A stretch of 64,000 nt of DNA from Auanema rhodensis. Taxonomy: Eukaryota > Animalia > Nematoda. Within the stretch, counting starts at the first letter, position 1. Every line of letters starts with the position of its first letter. Position numbers and translations under genes: made by a program. Below are positions 55,601 to 64,000 of this stretch, in pieces. Below the pieces are notes generated by a model that had not been told where the DNA came from, made no database searches, and was given only the letters and a program-made list of their open reading frames with translations. Location of the stretch: NCBI GenBank assembly GCA_964057225.1, contig OZ059896.1:19654001-19718000 (forward strand), written 5' to 3'.

Positions 55601-57562
55601 AATTCTTCAGGGTGAAAATCGAGGATATAAGTGTGAACTTATATCAGTTGATATCTCGGTGCATTTTTAAGCTAGCGAAAATCTCATAACACAGATCGAC
55701 GCAGCTTAAAAATCCGCATCGAATGCACTATACTACATTGAGAAACGCTTAATACAAGAATTAGTTATGATCGTTTGAAAAATGATGCATTAGTGTATGT
55801 TGAGTTTCCATGTACACTCAACATTGCTTCCAAAAACATTTTGACAAAAATTTTTTCGAAAAATTTCAAAATAATTTAGCAAAAAGTAGATGTTTTTAGA
55901 TTCCTTTTTTCAAGGCAAAGACGATGGACAATGTTATTCAACGAAAAAATTAATTCTTCAGGGTGAAAATCGAGGATATAAGTGTGAACTTATATCAGTT
56001 GATGTCTCGGTGCACTTTTAAGCTAGCGCAAATCTGATAACACAGATCGACGCAGCTTAAAAATCCGCATCAAATGCACTATACTACATTGAGAAACGCT
56101 TAATACAAAAATTAGTTATGATCGTTTGAAAAATGATGCATTAGTGTATGTTGAGTTTCCATGTACACTCAACATTGCTTCCAAAAACATTTTGACAAAA
56201 ATTTTTTCGAAAAATTTCTAAATAATTTAGCAGAAAGTAGATGTTTTTAGATTCTTTTTTTTAAGGCAAAGACGATGGACAATGTTATTCAACGAAAAAA
56301 TTAATTCTTCAGGGTGAAAATCGAGGATATAAGTGTGAACTTATATCAGTTGATATCTCGGTGCATTTTTAAGCTAGCGCAAATCTGATAACACAGATCG
56401 ACGCAGCTTAAAAATCCGCATCGAATGCACTATACTACATTGAGAAACGCTCAATACAAAAATTAGTTATGATCGTTTGAAAAATGATGCATTAGTGTAT
56501 GTTGAGTTTCCGTGTACACTCAACATTGCTTCCAAAAACATTTTGACAAAAATTTTTTCGAAAAATTTCAAGATAATTTAGCAAAAAGTAGATGTTTTTA
56601 GATTCCTTTTTTCAAGGCAAAGACGATGGACAATGTTATTCAACGAAAAAATTAATTCTTCAGGGTGAAAATCGAGGATATAAGTGTAAACTTATATCAG
56701 TTGATATCTCGGTGCACTTTTAAGCTAGCGCAAATCTGATAACACAGATCGACGCAGCTTAAAAATCCGCATCGAATGCACTATACTACATTGAGAAACG
56801 CTTAATACAAAAATTAGTTATGATCGTTTGAAAAATGATGCATTAGTGTATGTTGAGTTTCCATGTACACTCAACATTGCTTCCAAAAACATTTTGACAA
56901 AAATTTTTTCGAAAAATTTCAAAATAATTTAGCAAAAAGTAGATGTTTTTAGATTCCTTTTTTCAAGGCAAAGACGATGGACAATGTTATTCAACGAAAA
57001 AATTAATTCTTCAGGGTGAAAATCGAGGATATAAGTGTGAACTTATATCAGTTGATATCTCGGTGCATTTTTAAGCTAGCGCAAATCTGATAACACAGAT
57101 CGACGCAGCTTAAAAATCCGCATCGAATGCACTATACTACATTGAGAAACGCTCAATACAAAAATTAGTTATGATCGTTTGAAAAATGATGCATTAGTGT
57201 ATGTTGAGTTTCCGTGTACACTCAACATTGCTTCCAAAAACATTTTGACAAAAATTTTTTCGAAAAATTTCAAGATAATTTAGCAAAAAGTAGATGTTTT
57301 TAGATTCCTTTTTTCAAGGCAAAGACGATGGACAATGTTATTCAACGAAAAAATTAATTCTTCAGGGTGAAAATCGAGGATATAAGTGTAAACTTATATC
57401 AGTTGATATCTCGGTGCACTTTTAAGCTAGCGCAAATCTGATAACACAGATCGACGCAGCTTAAAAATCCGCATCGAATGCACTATACTACATTGAGAAA
57501 CGCTCAATACAAAAATTAGTTATGATCGTTTGAAAAATGATGCATTAGTGTATGTTGAGTTT

Positions 57563-59668
57563 CCATGTACACTCAACATTGCTTCCAAAAACATTTTGAC
57601 AAAAATTTTTTCGAAAAATTTCAAAATAATTTAGCAAAAAGTAGATGTTTTTAGATTCCTTTTTTCAAGGCAAAGACGATGGACAATGTTATTCAACGAA
57701 AAAATTAATTCTTCAGGGTGAAAATCGAGGATATAAGTGTGAACTTATATCAGTTGATGTCTCGGTGCACTTTTAAGCTAGCGCAAATCTGATAACACAG
57801 ATCGACGCAGCTTAAAAATCCGCATCAAATGCACTATACTACATTGAGAAACGCTCAATACAAAAATTAGTTATGATCGTTTGAAAAATGATGCATTAGT
57901 GTATGTTGAGTTTCCGTGTACACTCAACATTGCTTCCAAAAACATTTTGACAAAAATTTTTTCGAAAAATTTCAAAATAATTTAGCAAAAAGTAGATGTT
58001 TTTAGATTCCTTTTTTCAAAGCAAAGACGATGGACAATGTTATTCAACGAAAAAATTAATTCTTCAGGGTGAAAATCGAGGATATAAGTGTGAACTTATA
58101 TCAGTTGATATCTCGGTGCATTTTTAAGCTAGCGCAAATCTGATAACACAGATCGACGCAGCTTAAAAATCCGCATCGAATGCACTATACTACATTGAGA
58201 AACGCTTAATACAAAAATTAGTTATGATCGTTTGAAAAATGATGCATTAGTGTATGTTGAGTTTCCATGTACACTCAACATTGCTTCCAAAAACATTTTG
58301 ACAAAAATTTTTTCGAAAAATTTCAAAATAATTTAGCAAAAAGTAGATGTTTTTAGATTCCTTTTTTCAAGGCAAAGACGATGGACAATGTTATTCAACG
58401 AAAAAATTAATTCTTCAGGGTGAAAATCGAGGATATAAGTGTGAACTTATATCAGTTGATATCTCGGTGCATTTTTAAGCTAGCGCAAATCTGATAACAC
58501 AGATCGACGCAGCTTAAAAATCCGCATCGAATGCACTATACTACATTGAGAAACGCTCAATACAAAAATTAGTTATGATCGTTTGAAAAATGATGCATTA
58601 GTGTATGTTGAGTTTCCATGTACACTCAACATTGCTTCCAAAAACATTTTGACAAAAATTTTTTCGAAAAATTTCAAAATAATTTAGCAAAAAGTAGATG
58701 TTTTTAGATTCCTTTTTTCAAGGCAAAGACGATGGACAATGTTATTCAACGAAAAAATTAATTCTTCAGGGTGAAAATCGAGGATATAAGTGTGAACTTA
58801 TATCAGTTGATGTCTCGGTGCACTTTTAAGCTAGCGCAAATCTGATAACACAGATCGACGCAGCTTAAAAATCCGCATCAAATGCACTATACTACATTGA
58901 GAAACGCTCAATACAAAAATTAGTTATGATCGTTTGAAAAATGATGCATTAGTGTATGTTGAGTTTCCGTGTACACTCAACATTGCTTCCAAAAACATTT
59001 TGACAAAAATTTTTTCGAAAAATTTCAAAATAATTTAGCAAAAAGTAGATGTTTTTAGATTCCTTTTTTCAAAGCAAAGACGATGGACAATGTTATTCAA
59101 CGAAAAAATTAATTCTTCAGGGTGAAAATCGAGGATATAAGTGTGAACTTATATCAGTTGATATCTCGGTGCATTTTTAAGCTAGCGCAAATCTGATAAC
59201 ACAGATCGACGCAGCTTAAAAATCCGCATCGAATGCACTATACTACATTGAGAAACGCTTAATACAAAAATTAGTTATGATCGTTTGAAAAATGATGCAT
59301 TAGTGTATGTTGAGTTTCCATGTACACTCAACATTGCTTCCAAAAACATTTTGACAAAAATTTTTTCGAAAAATTTCAAAATAATTTAGCAAAAAGTAGA
59401 TGTTTTTAGATTCCTTTTTTCAAGGCAAAGACGATGGACAATGTTATTCAACGAAAAAATTAATTCTTCAGGGTGAAAATCGAGGATATAAGTGTGAACT
59501 TATATCAGTTGATATCTCGGTGCATTTTTAAGCTAGCGCAAATCTGATAACACAGATCGACGCAGCTTAAAAATCCGCATCGAATGCACTATACTACATT
59601 GAGAAACGCTTAATACAAAAATTAGTTATGATCGTTTGAAAAATGATGCATTAGTGTATGTTGAGTTT
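57563..59668 (+). repeat. Tandem duplication of a 3-monomer block (1053-bp period)
   Basis: Copies 165-167 resemble 168-170; GATGTCTC at 57759 and 58812, TCAAAGC at 58020 and 59073. Confidence 0.8.
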
Positions 59669-60019
59669 CCGTGTACACTCAACATTGCTTCCAAAAACAT
59701 TTTGACAAAAATTTTTTCGAAAAATTTCAAGATAATTTAGCAAAAAGTAGATGTTTTTAGATTCCTTTTTTCAAGGCAAAGACGATGGACAATGTTATTC
59801 AACGAAAAAATTAATTCTTCAGGGTGAAAATCGAGGATATAAGTGTAAACTTATATCAGTTGATATCTCGGTGCACTTTTAAGCTAGCGCAAATCTGATA
59901 ACACAGATCGACGCAGCTTAAAAATCCGCATCGAATGCACTATACTACATTGAGAAACGCTTAATACAAGAATTAGTTATGATCGTTTGAAAAATGATGC
60001 ATTAGTGTATGTTGAGTTT

Positions 60020-63000
60020 CCATGTACACTCAACATTGCTTCCAAAAACATTTTGACAAAAATTTTTTCGAAAAATTTCAAAATAATTTAGCAAAAAGTA
60101 GATGTTTTTAGATTCCTTTTTTCAAGGCAAAGACGATGGACAATGTTATTCAACGAAAAAATTAATTCTTCAGGGTGAAAATCGAGGATATAAGTGTGAA
60201 CTTATATCAGTTGATGTCTCGGTGCACTTTTAAGCTAGCGCAAATCTGATAACACAGATCGACGCAGCTTAAAAATCCGCATCAAATGCACTATACTACA
60301 TTGAGAAACGCTTAATACAAAAATTAGTTATGATTGTTTGAAAAATGATGCATTAGTGTATGTTGAGTTTCCATGTACACTCAACATTGCTTCCAAAAAC
60401 ATTTTGACAAAAATTTTTTCGAAAAATTTCTAAATAATTTAGCAGAAAGTAGATGTTTTTAGATTCTTTTTTTCAAGGCAAAGACGATGGACAATGTTAT
60501 TCAACGAAAAAATTAATTCTTCAGGGTGAAAATCGAGGATATATGTGTGAACTTATATCAGTTGATATCTCGGTGCATTTTTAAGCTAGCGCAAATCTGA
60601 TAACACAGATCGACGCAGCTTAAAAATCCGCATCGAATGCATCATACTACATTGAGAAACGCTTAATACAAAAATTAGTTATGATCGTTTGAAAAATGAT
60701 GCATTAGTGTATGTTGAGTTTCCATGTACACTCAACATTGCTTCCAAAAACATTTTGACAAAAATTTTTTCGAAAAATTTCTAAATAATTTAGCAGAAAG
60801 TAGATGTTTTTAGATTCTTTTTTTCAAGGCAAAGACGATGGACAATGTTATTCAACGAAAAAATTAATTCTTCAGGGTGAAAATCGAGGATATAAGTGTG
60901 AACTTATATCAGTTGATATCTCGGTGCATTTTTAAGCTAGCGCAAATCTGATAACACAGATCGACGCAGCTTAAAAATCCGCATCGAATGCATCATACTA
61001 TATTGAGAAACGCTTAATACAAAAATTAGTTATGATCGTTTGAAAAATGATGCATTAGTGTATGTTGAGTTTCCATGTACACTCAACATTGCTTCCAAAA
61101 ACATTTTGACAAAAATTTTTTCGAAAAATTTCAAAATAATTTAGCAAAAAGTAGATGTTTTTAGATTCCTTTTTTCAAGGCAAAGACGATGAACAATGTT
61201 ATTCAACGAAAAAATTAATTCTTCAGGGTGAAAATCGAGGATATAAGTGTGAACTTATATCAGTTGATATCTCGGTGCATTTTTAAGCTAGCGCAAATCT
61301 GATAACACAGATCGACGCAGCTTAAAAATCCGCATCGAATGCATCATACTACATTGAGAAACGCTTAATACAAAAATTAGTTATGATCGTTTGAAAAATG
61401 ATGCATTAGTGTATGTTGAGTTTCCATGTACACTCAACATTGCTTCCAAAAACATTTTGACAAAAATTTTTTCGAAAAATTTCAAAATAATTTAGCAAAA
61501 AGTAGATGTTTTTAGATTCCTTTTTTCAAGGCAAAGACGATGGACATTGTTATTCAACGAAAAAATTAATTCTTTAGGGTGAAAATCGAGGATATAAGTG
61601 TGAACTTATATCAGTTGATATCTCGGTGCATTTTTAAGCTAGCGCAAATCTGATAACACAGATTGACGCAGCTTAAAATCCGCATCGAATGCACTATACT
61701 ACATTGAGAAACGCTTAATACAAAAATTAGTTATGATCGTTTGAAAAATGATGCATTAGTGTATGTTGAGTTTCCATGTACACTCAACATTGCTTCCAAA
61801 AACATTTTGACAAAAATTTTTTCGAAAAATTTCAAAATAATTTAGCAAAAAGTAGATGTTTTTAGATTCCTTTTTTCAAGGCAAAGACGATGGACAATGT
61901 TATTCAACGAAAAAATTAATTCTTCAGGGTGAAAATCGAGGATATAAGTGTGAACTTATATCAGTTGATGTCTCGGTGCACTTTTAAGCTAGCGCAAATC
62001 TGATAACACAGATCGACGCAGCTTAAAAATCCGCATCAAATGCACTATACTACATTGAGAAACGCTTAATACAAAAATTAGTTATGATCGTTTGAAAAAT
62101 GATGCATTAGTGTATGTTGAGTTTCCATGTACACTCAACATTGCTTCCAAAAACATTTTGACAAAAATTTTTTCGAAAAATTTCTAAATAATTTAGCAGA
62201 AAGTAGATGTTTTTAGATTCTTTTTTTCAAGGCAAAGACGATGGACAATGTTATTCAACGAAAAAATTAATTCTTCAGGGTGAAAATCGAGGATATATGT
62301 GTGAACTTATATCAGTTGATATCTCGGTGCATTTTTAAGCTAGCGCAAATCTGATAACACAGATCGACGCAGCTTAAAAATCCGCATCGAATGCATCATA
62401 CTACATTGAGAAACGCTTAATACAAAAATTAGTTATGATCGTTTGAAAAATGATGCATTAGTGTATGTTGAGTTTCCATGTACACTCAACATTGCTTCCA
62501 AAAACATTTTGACAAAAATTTTTTCGAAAAATTTCTAAATAATTTAGCAGAAAGTAGATGTTTTTAGATTCTTTTTTTCAAGGCAAAGACGATGGACAAT
62601 GTTATTCAACGAAAAAATTAATTCTTCAGGGTGAAAATCGAGGATATAAGTGTGAACTTATATCAGTTGATATCTCGGTGCATTTTTAAGCTAGCGCAAA
62701 TCTGATAACACAGATCGACGCAGCTTAAAAATCCGCATCGAATGCATCATACTACATTGAGAAACGCTTAATACAAAAATTAGTTATGATCGTTTGAAAA
62801 ATGATGCATTAGTGTATGTTGAGTTTCCATGTACACTCAACATTGCTTCCAAAAACATTTTGACAAAAATTTTTTCGAAAAATTTCAAAATAATTTAGCA
62901 AAAAGTAGATGTTTTTAGATTCCTTTTTTCAAGGCAAAGACGATGGACATTGTTATTCAACGAAAAAATTAATTCTTTAGGGTGAAAATCGAGGATATAA

Positions 63001-63176
63001 GTGTGAACTTATATCAGTTGATATCTCGGTGCATTTTTAAGCTAGCGCAAATCTGATAACACAGATTGACGCAGCTTAAAATCCGCATCGAATGCACTAT
63101 ACTACATTGAGAAACGCTTAATACAAAAATTAGTTATGATCGTTTGAAAAATGATGCATTAGTGTATGTTGAGTTT
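60020..63176 (+). repeat. Imperfect block duplication (5-mer followed by related 4-mer)
   Basis: Copies 172-176 versus 177-180 share ordered GATGTCTC, ATATGTG (60544, 62298), GCATCATAC, TCTTTAGG and the 1-bp A deletion. Confidence 0.82.
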
Positions 63177-64000
63177 CCATGTACACTCAACATTGCTTCC
63201 AAAAACATTTTGACAAAAATTTTTTCGAAAAATTTCAAAATAATTTAGCAAAAAGTAGATGTTTTTAGATTCCTTTTTTCAAGGCAAAGACGATGGACAA
63301 TGTTATTCAACGAAAAAATTAATTCTTCAGGGTGAAAATCGAGGATATAAGTGTGAACTTATATCAGTTGATATCTCGGTGCATTTTTAAGCTAGCGCAA
63401 ATCTCATAACACAGATCGACGCAGCTTAAAATTCCGCATCGAATGCACTATACTACATCGAGAAACGCTTAATACAAAAATTAGTTATGATCGTTTGAAA
63501 AATGATGCATTAGTGTATGTTGAGTTTCCATGTACACTCAACATTGCTTCCAAAAACATTTTGACAAAAATTTTTTCGAAAAATTTCAAAATAATTCAGC
63601 AAAAAGTAGATGTTTTTAGATTCCTTTTTTCAAGGCAAAGACGATGGACAATGTTATTCAACGAAAAAATTAATTCTTCAGGGTGAAAATCGAGGATATA
63701 AGTGTGAACTTATATCAGTTGATATATCGGTGCATTTTTAAGCTAGCGCAAATCTGATAACACAGATCGATGCAGCTTAAAAATCCGCATCGAATGCACT
63801 ATACTACATTGAGAAACGCTTAATACAAAAATTAGTTATGATCGTTTGAAAAATGATGCATTAGTGTATGTTGAGTTTCCATGTACACTCAACATTGCTT
63901 CCAAAAACATTTTGACAAAAATTTTTTCGAAAAATTTCAAAATAATTTAGCAAAAAGTAGATGTTTTTAGATTCCTTTTTTCAAGGCAAAGACGATGGAC

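Larger units (their letters stand above)
1..64000. repeat. Satellite DNA tandem array, 351-bp monomer, about 182.3 copies, extends past both window edges
   Basis: CCATGTACACTCAACATTGC recurs at 1, 352, 7021 (1+20x351) and 14041 (1+40x351). Register shifts by 1 bp only at four deletions (16718/16719, 52550-52553, 61675-61678, 63078-63081). No non-repeat sequence or inversion seen. Confidence 0.99.

Noticed and set aside
1372-63686. Nine 63-aa ORFs (MKNDALVYVEF...) as genes
   Set aside because: They start at TTG and exist only where T70C removes a TAG present in about 95% of copies. The K/F/N/I-rich composition mirrors A/T tracts, and there is no recognisable domain.
1-64000. Giant repetitive protein gene (351 bp = 117 codons)
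   Set aside because: The ORF track shows nothing longer than 63 aa on either strand, so no frame runs through a monomer.
1-64000. CRISPR array or variable-cassette system
   Set aside because: No unique spacers or hypervariable segment; variation is sparse point substitution; no cas, RT or recombinase gene.
1-64000. Pure assembly artefact or synthetic concatemer
   Set aside because: Variants form ordered, position-dependent, nested haplotype blocks as expected from real array evolution. Local copy number and the singleton deletion at 16718 could still be errors.

Overview
The whole 64 kb window is one uninterrupted head-to-tail tandem array of a 351-bp monomer (about 31% GC by hand count): 182 complete copies plus a 122-bp partial copy at 63879-64000. 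All copies are in the same orientation and typically differ from consensus by 0-6 substitutions. Only four 1-bp deletions break the register. It looks like eukaryotic satellite DNA, plausibly (peri)centromeric and from an organism without CpG depletion, but I cannot name the family or species. I found no credible gene, RNA gene, transposon or CRISPR array. The nine 63-aa ORFs are by-products of one T>C variant that removes a stop codon. The information in the window is (i) a monomer built largely from inverted repeats and (ii) the variant pattern across copies, which shows local higher-order repeats (3-, 4-, 6-, 8-mers), block copies, a haplotype gradient, recombinant monomers and palindrome-perfecting mutations. 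I see no evidence of a new gene-based system; the best leads are the folding potential of the monomer and the palindrome-linked mutation pattern. Monomer positions (m) are numbered from CCATGTACAC at window position 1. Variant tallies were made by eye and may contain small errors.
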